A DNA stretch of 63,897 nt, counting the filler, from Reticulomyxa filosa (lineage: Eukaryota > Protista > Foraminifera): assembly GCA_000512085.1 (NCBI GenBank). It is 21 parts of 21 records of this genome, joined end to end, with 100 filler letters (N's around TTAATTAATTAA, not from the genome) between each part and the next. Parts side by side here need not be neighbours in the genome. Positions count along the whole stretch, not along the records: positions 50,319 to 55,496 come from ASPP01028458.1; positions 55,597 to 57,615 come from ASPP01009237.1; positions 57,716 to 59,037 come from ASPP01049857.1; positions 59,138 to 61,491 come from ASPP01003586.1; positions 61,592 to 63,897 come from ASPP01029383.1; 16 more parts are not named here. One strand, written 5' to 3'. A program made the position numbers and the translations under genes. Of the stretch, positions 50,990-63,825 are shown piece after piece. Position 1 is the first letter of the stretch, and the number at the start of each line of letters is the position of its first letter. Below the pieces are notes generated by a model. It did not search any database, had not been told where the DNA came from, and saw nothing but the letters and a program-made list of their open reading frames with translations.

Positions 50990-52540
50990 TCATTTTTCTT
51001 TATCTTTTTCAACAAATGGTAAGCCAATCATTATAGTATGCTTTGTTGTAAATTCAATGGGTGTATATCTTATATTTTTTATTTTTACAGCAAAAATAGA
51101 AAATAAATTAATATAATCATTATAACAACGTCTTTTAATAAATTCATTCTTTATTTCTTCATATTTTCTTTTATTATTTTCTTGTATTTTCCATTTTTCA
51201 AATTTAATAAATATTCAATACTTAAAATTATATCTCCTTCAGCAAATAATAAAATTATATAAATAAGATTTAAATCAATGAAATGATTCCATATTTTACT
51301 AATATACATAGTTTGTTGAATATATTGATCATATCTTCCCCATGTTAATAATATCATTTGTGTATTTTTATCTTCTTTCTCTATTTTTGCATTCCATGCA
51401 AAATATTCTTTATGTCTATCTTCAATATTGCTTGTATTAGATCTAGAAAATAAAATTTCTCGTTCATGTTTATATGGAGATATCCATGATACATCACAAC
51501 TTAATATTCCACCTGCTCGTCTCATAGAAGGATGAAAATGTAAAATACATCCTTGATCACTTCTAAACATTTTTGCAACTTGTAAATCATCTGAAGTACT
51601 TACATGACTAATAAAATATCCTGCTTTTATTTCTTTTTCATTCTGTAATCTCACTTTTTTTAAACCACAATATAATTCAATATTTTCTTCTTCTCTTCTT
51701 TCATATTTATGTAAAATCCTAATAGCATTTCCTAAACAATCATCTAAATAAACCCATTTAAAATGTCGATATTGTATTTGATCATAACTAAATTCAACAT
51801 TACATGATTTACCACAATATAATAAAATTGCACAAATATCAAATAATTGAAGTGGATATCCCATATATTTATGAATATCATCATAATATAATATTTTTAA
51901 TTCATTTAATATTGTTAATATTTTTTCATTTAATATTAATTCATTTGGTTTATTTTCATTATAATGAATTTCTTCTTTATTATATAAATATTGATATGTG
52001 ATTAAATCATTTATATAACCATTCTTTATCACTTCATGTAAGAGTAATTTCATATAATTATCACTTGATCGAGGAATAGAAAGTACAGAATCTTGAATAA
52101 TTTTAAGTTTATGAATATCACATATATATAATAATGGATTAAATGTAGATTTTTTATTTGATGAAATAATAATATCTTTATTTAAAATATTTTTTGATTT
52201 ATCAGTTCTTTTAATACAAATTGAATGTTTGTAAGACACAATACAATGATAACTTATTCTCCAATAACTTGTATATTTGGAAAATGAGGAAGATGTTTAT
52301 ACATATCATTCAATAATATATCTTCATTGATATTAAATGGAATTGGTGGTTCGCATTTATTATTCTCACATTTAAATATTATTGATTCATCTCCTTCACC
52401 CATATATTGTTTTCTAAGTTGTAACTTATTTTTAAAATTTTTAAATCCTTGTTTTAAAGTAATTAAATAAGGATTTAATGGTTCTTTATTTCTAGTTTCT
52501 TTTAGAATAACTTGAAATGAATTAAATTCCTATTAATAAA
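50990..52540 (-). CDS. Protein with an R-S-E-clan (ARTC/toxin-like) ADP-ribosyltransferase domain; frameshifts on both sides of the 362-aa core, possibly a young pseudogene
   Basis: AILLYC helix, LYCGL (canonical LYRG), FISHVSTSDDLQVAKMF (STS), DVSWISPYKHEREILF (ExE), in the correct order and spacing. Confidence 0.75.
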
Positions 52541-52899
52541 TAAAAATTAAAAAATATCTACAAATATTTAGATCTTTCCAATAGCTTTCATTTCATTATG
52601 AACTAGGCAGTTTTCCAATTGTAATTTTGTGTTTCTGCAGTTCTTATTTCAATATAATGTATAATTATTTTTTTTTCTACAACCTCATATATACAAATAC
52701 ATATTTATAGTTTTATTTTCGTAATTTTTATTTTAAAAAATAGGCGATATTCAATATCCAATATTCTACTTCAAATAAGCCAATATCTCAACTTTGCATT
52801 GTTGTTCTCAAATGCCATTCAAATACAACTCTAACATGTTATTCACATTGTGCCGAATCAGGAAACATATTAATCAATATGCCAAGCGCAAACACAAGC

Positions 52900-55340
52900 A
52901 AAACATTGCCGAAAAAATGGATGGCAGCGACAGCAGACGAAACAGTAGCAGCAAAGGAGTATCCAAGATGGACGAGATCGGAATGTGGAATGAAGGGGAA
53001 TTGGATAGCGAAAAAACTGAAATGTTAAAAGAACTTGCCAAACTTATGGTCACTACAGCTATGTCCAATGTTACTCCAAATGAAGATGTCACGTTATTTT
53101 TTTTTATTAATTTCATCTGTATACGTAGTCTCTTGGTCTGGATAAATTTTTTTTTTTTTGCTACGAGTACAGTCAACACTTCAAGTAATGTCGGAAACAC
53201 GTAAAGCGACTTTGTCAAACAAATGACATTTGAATTGAGTGAGCTGCGCAAAAAAGACAACGAAGAAATTGGTAGTATGATGATATTTGTAGGCGAGGAA
53301 CAAAGCACTCAACTACCAAAGCTTTTAACGAACATCATAATGAGTCTTACACCTCTTCCAACACCTTTTCGGCCTGTAAATTGTCATCCGCATGTTGTGG
53401 GCTTCGATTGCTTACAACACTTTTTTTTTCTTGGTACTTTTTAAATAAAGTGCGAAAGTTGTAATTGTCTTTCGTAATGAACTCGTCCTGCGCTCTTAAG
53501 TGCTTGGCCAAAATGATTTTGGATTGGCCTGTCAGACCAACTTGGCCATTTTGCCAGTCTAAGAGTCCCAAACTCTTGTGCAAAGATTTCTTTATCATTT
53601 CCAGCAAGTTTTTCGATTTGGATCGCTGACTGTTCAACTTTTCCATCATCTTTTTTTTTGGAAGACAGTCCCTTTTCATTGACTTTTTGAACACCGTAAT
53701 TCCTCAATCTGCCACCTGCTTAAAATGAGCCAGTAATAAATTTTCCAAATTTTTCGCTTCCTTTGAGTTATTACCAAGTAAATAATTATATCATTCGACT
53801 ATTCATAAACATATCTACTTCATTTACATCATATCTTTGCAATATGGTGAAAAGTCATGTAGTGTTCAATTTTGCTATGATAACATACTTTAATGGAATA
53901 AGTGATCAAATCCATCCCATCAAATCTCTTTTTTCAAATTTTTGTACCAACAATTTGTACTCTTGGCACAATTACCATTGTTGAAGAATAAACTTCCAGA
54001 CACAGATTTTAAATCGGCTCAATGAACACGATATCACAAATTCATTGATTGAAATGACTAAAATATTGTGCTGTCGTCAATATAAATACAACACTGAAAG
54101 TACAGGACAAGAAGAGTTTTATTTGTGTGAAAAATAGAGGTTAACTATTTATGTGTTTATGTATTTAAAAAAATTGTTACTTAATGTCAATTATTTGTTA
54201 ATTTGATGTTTCTCCACAGAAAATATTTCCGTGTTGATTAGTGACATAAAACATATAAATCAAAAGCAATTAGATTCATTTCAAAAGTTGAACTTTTATT
54301 TATTCGAATGGAAATAAGATTTGAAAAATATGGAATTAATTTTTCAAGTTTTGTATATTTTATTTTATTTCAATTGTTACATTTTCACATTTTCACATTT
54401 TCCATCACAAAAAAATAATAAATAAATAATTGAATTAAAGACGGAAGACCAACATTACAAAATGAAAAAGAAGAACGATTGATATCACTGTTGCACATTT
54501 TGGGGACTTCAAATCAAGAAATGATGAAAGAATGTAAAGAGAAAAGCATGGAGATAACAGAAGATCTTCATGATCAAATTGTAGAAAAATTATGCAAAGA
54601 TGAGGAATGATCGAATTACGTATTGGCATTTGACAACATTCTGAAAATGGTTGCCATTTTTATGAAAATTCGAATAAATAGTCATGTGACTTTGATGGGC
54701 GAAACTGGATGTGGGGAAACACCCTTGATCAAATTTTTTGGGACATGTTGTGAATGTGCAGTTGATTTAGTGGATGTTCATGCAGGATTTGGAAGACATG
54801 AAATACATCAAGTGGCAAAAGATTGTAATGAACGACTCTCCAAAGACAAAGAAAAAATATTAGAAAATGACAACAAATTACCATGTGCAGGAAGGGCGTT
54901 GAATATTGCATTAGAATTGTGTTATTATTTTCGATTGGATGATAATGGAAGAAAAATGTACAATGATGTTATGTATCAAAGAAACAAGTGCATATTTTCA
55001 GAATTATTGGATAGTGAAATAAAGAATGTATCGGAATCATTTGAAATACCAGCCCAAGTGGCATTGCACAATAATCTAAAAAAAAAATTATTCATATTGT
55101 TTTTTTGTGTAGTTACATCAACACCAATGATATTAGTTGGTAGGCCTGGCACTTCCAAAACTCTATCTTTACAGATTATGCTTGATACATTGTCCCATCG
55201 CAATATTAAATAGTTCCATCAAAAGTTGAAAGATAATCAATTCAATTTCAATGTGAAACTATTGCAATGCATTTCATTCCAAGGCACAAGAAATTGCAAA
55301 CTAAGTGATATCAAAGAATTATGTGATCAGACTATCCGCC
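52900..55340 (+). pseudogene. RNF213-like AAA+ region pseudogene, internally deleted; the clearest part is 54620-55340
   Basis: DNILKMVAIFMKIRINSHVTLMGETGCGET (Walker A K changed to E), VDVHAG, ALELCYYFRL, PMILVGRPGTSKTL, then a stop and CISFQG. The first Walker B region is missing. The 5' limit is uncertain. Confidence 0.8.
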
Positions 55341-55664
55341 GATAGTCTGTTCGTCGCCTTCGTACGATATGGACACTATACTATAAGTCCACGATGATGA
55401 TGATGACATTTGATCAAGTGGGGATTAAAAGTACATATCGTTTTCCGTGTCCCATATAATCGTGTTTAATGACTGACCAATGGCGGTCATGTATTGNNNN
55501 NNNNNNNNNNNNNNNNNNNNNNNNNNNNNNNNNNNNNNNNTTAATTAATTAANNNNNNNNNNNNNNNNNNNNNNNNNNNNNNNNNNNNNNNNNNNNAAAA
55601 AAAATTTTTTTTTTTGAGAAACACCCCTTTCGGAACATGTTTTTTTTTTTTTCTCCTTCTTCAG

Positions 55665-55843
55665 ATGGATTGGGCTTGCACGCGATTGCCAACCCGTCTG
55701 CAACTGAAATGGCTGTTTCATTGCATTGCTATGTACCTGGCTATGAGACTTGCCACGCATTTTTGGATGCGGAATCAGCACAAAAGAAAAAGCAATGCTT
55801 TATGATGTACACGTCAGTAGACGGGAAAAAAGTCACACATTAA
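55665..55843 (+). CDS. CDO1: Cysteine dioxygenase, last exon
   Basis: DGLGLHAIANPSATEMAVSLHCYVPGYETCHAF contains the third iron-binding His and the SLHxY triad, after a TTCAG acceptor. Confidence 0.85.
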
Positions 55844-56533
55844 TTGGAGAAATTTCGAATATTCGCTTTGTTTACTTTATTTTTATTTTTTCTTTGTTAT
55901 TTTTTTTTCCTTTTTTAATTACTTTTATTTTGTTGAAATGATAATGCTTTTGTGGTAAGCAAAGTACCCGAAAGATAAACATGGGCAAAAAATAAGTACG
56001 ATAAATAGCGACACAATGCATTAGGGACGACTTTTTTTTTTTTTTGCGTGTTGTCATTGGGACTTTCACTTTAAGAAAATTGATGATGCTGACATTTTAT
56101 AGTGTGCTTGTGCATAGGCGTGATTTTTGTCTTTTGAAAAAGGGTGCTCACATTGATCAACTTTTTTGTTAGCATTCTTTGTAGAACTATTTGAAAATGT
56201 TTTTTGAGTTTCGGATTTCAAGTAATTATGACTGACAAAGAAATCAATAGTCAAAAGATTTCACAACATCTATTTTTCAGTTATTGTTTTATTAATTTTT
56301 TTGTGATTCAAGACGCACAGGTACATCAACTTTTTGGTTTTTTATTTTTGTGTTCAAGAAATTTATATTTTGCTTTGTTTTTTCTTTTTTTATATTTTGT
56401 GAAAAAGCCAACACTCGTTGTTATTTTGCATAGCAAAAAAATTTAAAAATTTTCAGCAAATTAGGGCCGTCTTTTTAAATTTTTTTTAGAAACCCTTTTG
56501 GTGATGTGTAGGCTCATCATCCCACAACATTAT

Positions 56534-57480
56534 ATGCAAGCAAATACTATTCTTTCGTCTCCAAGTCTAGTTTTTTTGTCTCAACCAACGAATGGATGGA
56601 CAAAAGATATAACTACAGTCAAGTCCGACATGGAGAAAGAGATTGGAGACAATACTCCAACATGGACGTTGACCTTGAATTCACTGATGTTAGATGAGAG
56701 TAGTGAAGATAGTATTGGCAATGAATTATCTCCAAGAAATTTGAGTTTTGAAATGAGTAAAGATGACCTTCAAACTCCAGCCACTTGTTGTGTCAGCCGT
56801 CTGTCGTCGAGTATTCCCGGCAACGGTGTGATTGTCCCTCCGATGGTACGTGCGATGACGCCCTTTTCCAAGCACAGAAGAAAAAGATTACCAAAAAGAC
56901 GGATATGATCCACTTACATCAAGTTCATTTTTTTTTATTTTTTTTTTCCCCTTTTGGTTCAAGTGTAGTTATTTGTTTACAAACTTTTTTTTTTTAATTG
57001 TTGAAATGAAAAAGAACAAAACGACCAGAATGATCCGAAATTGGAAAAGAAGGAGGATTTTGACGAGGAAACTGAAGATGAAAGTGACGACGAAGATCAC
57101 TATGCATTAGCGAGACTGGTAGGATATCCTCGGATTCTGTGTTTAACCAGTTCCGTGAATCAAAGTCCGTCTTGTCAGATGAATACGTCTTGTGCTTTAT
57201 TCCAAACGACAAGCTTGACATCTATACGATCTTGCTTGAGTCAATCTAACCGTAAGAAGTCCTTTCGATTTAACAGTTTTGATTATTGTTTGTATATTTT
57301 GAGTGTTCTTTTTTTTTTTTTTTTGCGTTTGTATGTGTTTGTATGTATACGTGTGACTGATTACAGCACAAATGGACAGTGACAGTTTGATGGCTATGAA
57401 CTCATTTGTTCGGCATCATCTTCAGTCGTTGTTGCAATAGTAAATAACGACAGAAAGCAATGCAAATGTCTTGAATGGGT
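56534..57480 (+). CDS. Uncharacterised multi-exon protein
   Basis: Two ORFs of 110-136 aa with coding-like composition separated by T-run introns. No motif recognised. Confidence 0.4.
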
Positions 57481-57715
57481 ATTTTTTATACTTTGTTAAC
57501 AACTATTTTGTTTTGCCTTTGTTTTGTTTTTGTTTTTTCACATTTTCGTTTGTGGGCTTACTAATGTTTTTGCGCCAGTTGTGAGGAGGGAGCAAAAAAA
57601 TTTTCTTTTTTTTTTNNNNNNNNNNNNNNNNNNNNNNNNNNNNNNNNNNNNNNNNNNNNTTAATTAATTAANNNNNNNNNNNNNNNNNNNNNNNNNNNNN
57701 NNNNNNNNNNNNNNN

Positions 57716-57940
57716 GATATGGTTATGACTGTGCCACTGATCAATGGTGTGATTTACACGAATTCGGAGTCATTGACCCCGCCAAAGGTTCGTACTGCTT
57801 TGCAAGATGCTGCAAATGTTGCTAGTTTGATGACTACTGAAGTTGTTACTACCCAAATTCCAAAGAAAGATGCTCCAAAAATGAATATTGGAAGCGCCGA
57901 GGCCTTTAGAGACATGATATCTACATTTGAACTCGACTGA
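57716..57940 (+). pseudogene. HSP60/GroEL C-terminal fragment, frameshifted
   Basis: YGYDCATDQWCDLHEFGVIDPAK, then after a frameshift VRTALQDAANVASLMTTEV. Confidence 0.85.
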
Positions 57941-58418
57941 TAAAAGATTTATGCCAGGAATAAACTAAAAGAGAAACAATTAAATAATCGTTTACAGAGT
58001 GGCAATTTAACATTTTTTTGATTAGAGCTACTCCATAACCAAAAAAATATGTCGATGTATTGATCAGACATATTTGTTTGGTTTTTCCTTTTTTGTAAAC
58101 GCTCAACAATCAAAAATTCATTCAAATATGGAGATAACTAAAATATCATAAGTCTGACTTTTTTTTTGCAAACTTGGTATACTTTTTGTATTACAATCAC
58201 ATCTTTGCTACCAACTCTTTTTTTTTGCCAGGAATTCCTATTTTGCACAGTCGATGCTTACACGTGTCAATTTTTTCAAAGACACAAGTGAAAAATCAAA
58301 TTGACTTTATCTGGATATTTTTGACTTTCTTTTACATTTAAAATATTCAAATTTAGAAATTTTTTTACAATGCATGTAATTTGATGAGAAAGATGTTAGG
58401 TGAGCTGGAGGAACTACA

Positions 58419-58724
58419 TTGAAACTTTTTAAAAAAGAACAAGAAAGGAAGGAAAAGAAAGTGACAAAAGAAAAACACAAGACGATCGAATTGCAAGATA
58501 TTTGGAATGACAAACAAAATGAATCAAAAGTACGCCATATTAGTATTCGAGGAGAAGCAGGGAGTGGAAAAAATGTGTTGTCTCAAAGAATTGCATATTT
58601 GCGGGGAAATGATCAACTGTGGAATCATCAATTTCAATATCTATTGCACATCCCTTTGAGAAAAATTATTAATATTTTTTATCACATTAATGACAATAGT
58701 GATGAACAAAGAGAATTCAAATAA
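58419..58724 (+). pseudogene. NACHT NTPase N-terminal fragment
   Basis: IELQDIW...ISIRGEAGSGKNVLSQRIAYL...LWNHQFQYLLHIPLR. Walker A reads GKN instead of GKS/T and the frame ends before Walker B. Confidence 0.8.
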
Positions 58725-60739
58725 TTATATTTGTAAAACAGACAATGACACGAACATTCAATTATTGGCATTTGGTTTGATGACATTCAATACTCGTATT
58801 CAATTGAGCTGTGGTGATAATAATACAAATCTCGATGCGAAATTATCACAACTCAATTGAATACAGGGATTGAATGTCATCAAATCAAATACCAATAATT
58901 GAATATCCGTGTCATTGTCTGTTTTACAAATACAATTATTTGAGTTCTCTTCGTTCATCAATTTTTAATCCATTCAAACATCTGAAAATATCGTCCAATT
59001 GCTTTTTGTTTAATTTCATTGAAAGATATCCAATAGANNNNNNNNNNNNNNNNNNNNNNNNNNNNNNNNNNNNNNNNNNNNTTAATTAATTAANNNNNNN
59101 NNNNNNNNNNNNNNNNNNNNNNNNNNNNNNNNNNNNNTTGTTTCTTTTAGCGGGTCGAATGTCCCACTTCACCCAATACAGTATGTTGTTATCTTACAAA
59201 ATGTTTTTTTAACCTGTTTTACGATGCTTTTGGGTTTCTAAAAAAAAGTTATTTATGCTTTTGTTCGAATACTAAATTATTCCGTTCTCTGCCCGCTTTG
59301 TTTGTAAACCATCGAAACGATATTTACGAAAGTTAATGCAATAAAAACGGACATAAAATTTCCATTGAATGATGCAAATAATCGGATCCTTGCAAAAACA
59401 GCTTTTTCACAGTTTAATAAGTCCGTTAACAAAATTACAAATGAAAAACACTCACATTTTTTTATTAAAAGATTAAAATAATGTACTTCTTTTATAAAAA
59501 CCGTCAAAAGTCTACATAAATTCATACAAAAAAAACTGTCAGTGTATACAACAAAATGTAAAATATGAAAATCAACAGCGGAAAAACATTTTCTGTTCGA
59601 TTAACAAAGCTATATTTTTCGCTTACTTTCTGGCCAAAAAAAGTAACTTGCAAGATCAACAAATGCACTACAGATAAAAAAATTTTAAAAAAGAAATAAC
59701 ATGCTTTGATGTCGTTCATTTAACATTATTTTGACTTGTGTTTTCATTGTTTGTTATATTACTGGAAACAACTATTTTGTTTCTGTATAATTTTTTTATT
59801 TGCTGATAATGATTAGTATATACGAGAACTCCAAAAGAAAGTGATTCGTGATCGAAATATTAATGTGTTGTAATTTGTGACAATAATACAAAAAAATTGT
59901 GAAAACAAAAATAATAACAACGTATGCCCACACTTAAATAAAGAATATATCCTATTTGATTGAACAATAAAAAAAGTTATGTATAGTTACATTTCAAGAA
60001 AAGAAAACAGAATAAATAAATTATTTTTTTCGGAGTTGAAAACGATAGAAAAATGTGCAAATCTAAGATAAATCCGACAAATGATTTTACAACCCGAAAT
60101 AAGACTTTTTGTTTGACATAGAGCTGTCTGCGTCTACTTTTAATATCACACAAATAGATTGTTGTATATTTTGTATGTGTCATATCTTTTCGGACAAGTT
60201 TCATAAAAGAGCAGGAAGATACGGACAGTAAATTTTTGTCGTTATCTAAAATAAAAATAATAAGTAAATGTTTAGATGACGATGTAAATACTAGGTAATC
60301 AATGTAATTGGGACAAAAATTTACTTTCAAGAAAATAGTTGGCGATGCATTTTATGTGAAAGGATGTCAATGTCAGTATTATTTTGTGTTAACAATGCAC
60401 CTTGATTTCGGTGTCTTAATTAGAACAGTAAGAAATTGATTTGCAAATGTTAACAGTATGGTAGAACACACTAACAATAGACAAAATAAAGTAAACTATA
60501 TTTCCTTCATATTGTCCTGTTTTTTCAACAATTGTTACTACGTCATCCATGGATTTCTGTGGCATAATATTCTTGGAATAACTTGTACAAAACACATCTA
60601 TATGATGCAGTTACCTCTTGGAAGAGTTACCGTGCATAGCAAACAGGCACAGGGACAGCTAATACCTCATTGATGTCACTCCGAAAAAAAGCAGGCCGCG
60701 TAATATAACCAATTTGATCACAATCTTTATCTTTCCCTA

Positions 60740-61367
60740 ATATTTCTTTACGAATAATATTCTTTAGATTTAAGTTCGTCATTTAATTGTGGATTAGAAG
60801 TAAATACGAAAGGATAAGGTTGTAAAGAAGGTTTTGATAATAAACAACTCCACATATTTCGTAAACACGATTTGGTTAACTTATGTTTATTATTATCTTC
60901 TTTTTCTTCAGTTTTATCTAGAACTTAATCAAATAAATATTCAAAGTTTGTAAATATTCCAATTGATTATCCCAATAAGATTGTACAAATTGATAAGACA
61001 ATTTTAAAATTGTGAATGACACACAATGTGCAAATCTTGCCAAAAATGCAATTTCAAATGTCCCTTTTATCCCTTTAGTCTGTTTTATCTTTTCATCACC
61101 TCTTAATTGCTTTATTATTTCACTGATCAAATTCAATTGATCATTATTGCCTATTGCTTTATAATTATCTTCTATTTCCTTCACTGAAGGAAATTTATTT
61201 TCATTCTCTGCTTCTGTCGTCAATTCACGAATCACTCCTCGCACTTGTATTACTTCATGTAATAACTGTACGTTGGTTCTTTTGCTTGCTGTCCCGTTAA
61301 GCAAATAGCTTCCTCCATAATAATTAAACATTTCTGTTCCTTGTCTGTGCAATCTATAACAAAGCAC
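60740..61367 (-). pseudogene. Uncharacterised decayed coding segment
   Basis: 149-aa ORF that continues in frame past a TAG stop. No family recognised. Confidence 0.3.
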
Positions 61368-62489
61368 AAATCAGCTCTCATTTCTAATTTCCACTCTTTG
61401 AAATTCTTGAATACACGAAGAGCAACGCAAAAAAAGACTTGCTTTTTTCCTTTTTTAACCTTGAAAACAAAGATTAATTTGGATATTGTGTNNNNNNNNN
61501 NNNNNNNNNNNNNNNNNNNNNNNNNNNNNNNNNNNTTAATTAATTAANNNNNNNNNNNNNNNNNNNNNNNNNNNNNNNNNNNNNNNNNNNNAAGATTTCA
61601 CTAAAAAATGTATTTCTTGCAAATCGACAATTTTACACTTCAACACTTGCAAAACCTTTTGACTAAATTTGTTTTTTGCGTAAAAAATAATGTTTATTAA
61701 TACGTTCAATGATATCAATTTTAATACCTTTTTAATATGCTAAATATACTTGAAAAACAAATTAATGAGTTTATTGCCAGAAGAATCAAGTATTTTTTAA
61801 TATTTGTCCTCAATATTTCATTTATTAAAAATATTGTTGAAACTATAACAAAAGATAAGTTCTATTTGTGATAAAAACGATTAACTAGTAAAAGATAAAA
61901 GAAAGTTTGCTGAGTTTTTGTAAATGAGACGTTCAGTTCGAACAGCGATCATTTTAAGGGGAAGAAAGCATTCTTCACATCCTTGCCGTTTCTCAAAGCT
62001 TTGGGGATTTCCTAAAAGTGTCTCTGTCCCTGTATGCCTTGGCATGGAGTTCACACTACACAGTACGCTGAAGAAATATTTTTTTCTTCATAAAAAAAAT
62101 TAATTGAAGCTTTTTTTCACAATGTATTTGATGAGAAAAAGTCATTACTCTATTCACACACACGTGCGCGGAGGATAAACCATGGAAAAATATTTTAAAA
62201 TTAAGAAACAAGGTGTTAAGTGTTCATTGAATTCATGAACAACCGTCAAACAAAAACTTTTATGCAAGTCAAATTCAACTATGGAATTTTTGGAGAATCA
62301 TTGAATAGCGCTCTTAGAACATCCTCAGCATAGCACAGATCTCAATCTAATCGAGAATATGTGGAGAATTATAAAGATTAAGATCCAGAAAACCAGAAAA
62401 AATCATCACAATTTGCTGCCCAAATTTTTGTTAGAAACACAAAAAGTTCATATTTTAGGGGTGGCTAATTTTTTTTGTCGCAACTATAC

Positions 62490-63350
62490 AACGTAAATTC
62501 TATACACAAATGATAAGCCCAATAATCGAATGTCCCGCAAAACAATGAGGAAACTTGAAACAATACAACAGCAAATATTAACAAAGATATTACTCACGTA
62601 TAAAACCACAAATCGATGTGTAGACAGCCTACTCCTAGAAATACCACCAGTTGTGCAAGATTTGACTTATTGAACTGCTATGCTACTCCAGAATGATTAA
62701 AAAAGATACAGGAAATATGCATGGCAATCTAATTAAAAACGAAAATATGTACCTACTAAAAAATATATCTGAAAGAATATACAACACCAACATGTACTGT
62801 GGAGAGATAAGCACAATATTGGAGCGTTATAATGTGTTATTACTGGGACTATGCGGCATTACCGTCGACATACACGAATGGAAAAATTGATACTAATACA
62901 TCTACCAATACTATTACCAAAAAGATTTAGAAGAAATCCAGCTAAACACAAATATGACACTATGCAATTACATTATACAAACAATAAATCACAATGGAAA
63001 CCTATATCTACAAATATATCAATATATGTTAGGCAAGATGAAGTACCACAAAGCAACCCACTTTTGTACAAGATTATCACAAATAACGCAGAATTCTTCT
63101 GGAAAAAGAAAATAAAGAATGAAGTGAGTTGATGACGTCAAAATGTAAGCGGTGCAACAGTAAATGGAAAAACCCAATCGAAAACATTTTATTTAAATTT
63201 AGGGAACAAAAAACATCATAGATGATCAAGATGCCGAAGGTCAAATTTTGAAAATATACCACGATGGTTTATCAATTGGAAAACTAAAAAGAATATGTCG
63301 CTTAATATTAAATATATAAAAAAGAAAATACAACCAAATTCCCACCGAAA
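62490..63350 (+). mobile_element. Degenerate LINE ORF2 C-terminal region
   Basis: YTQMISPIIEC and ETIQQQILTKILLTYKTT...LLLEIPPV match the post-RT pattern Y...IRP.LEY...LE.IQ...LR.I...TT...PP. A later CKRC is present. Many frameshifts. Confidence 0.6.
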
Positions 63351-63698
63351 ACGACACGAAAATTTTTTGCAATAGACATTTTTGAGTTATTTTTTGACGA
63401 TTCAATGAGCCGAAATAATCGTGACTTTAAATTATGAACATCAAATTGTTGTCATAAATTCTATCTGCAATGAATTAAATAATTTCCACTTCTTCATTTA
63501 ATAATTTAAGATCGATAAGAAATTGTTAAATTATTTTTCCTCAGATGTTTAAAAAACATATCTTACCAAACAAAAACGTTTAAAATGAATTACACTAACT
63601 GATACTAAAGTATTTAACGCAAAATAAACATATAAGAAAGTAAAAATTATTATGGGGAAGCATTGTTGCAAGACTCTATAACGGTTAAGCACTCAATT

Positions 63699-63825
63699 TT
63701 AAAAAAAGCAAAAAAAGGGAAAAGCAAAAAAGAAAAAATTAAATCAGGCGGCGCCTTCAGGAACATCGTGGCGCCGCCAGAACTAGTCTTTTCTTTTTGC
63801 TTTTGTCTTTTTTTGCTTTTTTTAA
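63699..63825. repeat. Long imperfect inverted repeat: arms of about 56 bp around a 14-nt loop
   Basis: Left arm TTAAAAAAAGCAAAAAAAGGGAAAAGCAAAAAAGAAAA...GGCGGCGCC; right arm GGCGCCGCC...TTTTCTTTTTGCTTTTGTCTTTTTTTGCTTTTTTTAA. Confidence 0.92.

Noticed and set aside
50319-52540. WD40 repeats and ART domain as one fused gene at this locus
   Set aside because: They are on opposite strands, converging, and the WD40 part is decayed.
9607-61591. Recurring TTAATTAATTAA motif as a biological repeat or CRISPR-like array
   Set aside because: It is always centred in N-runs of fixed length, so it is an artificial linker. ORFs ending in X...LIN are artefacts.
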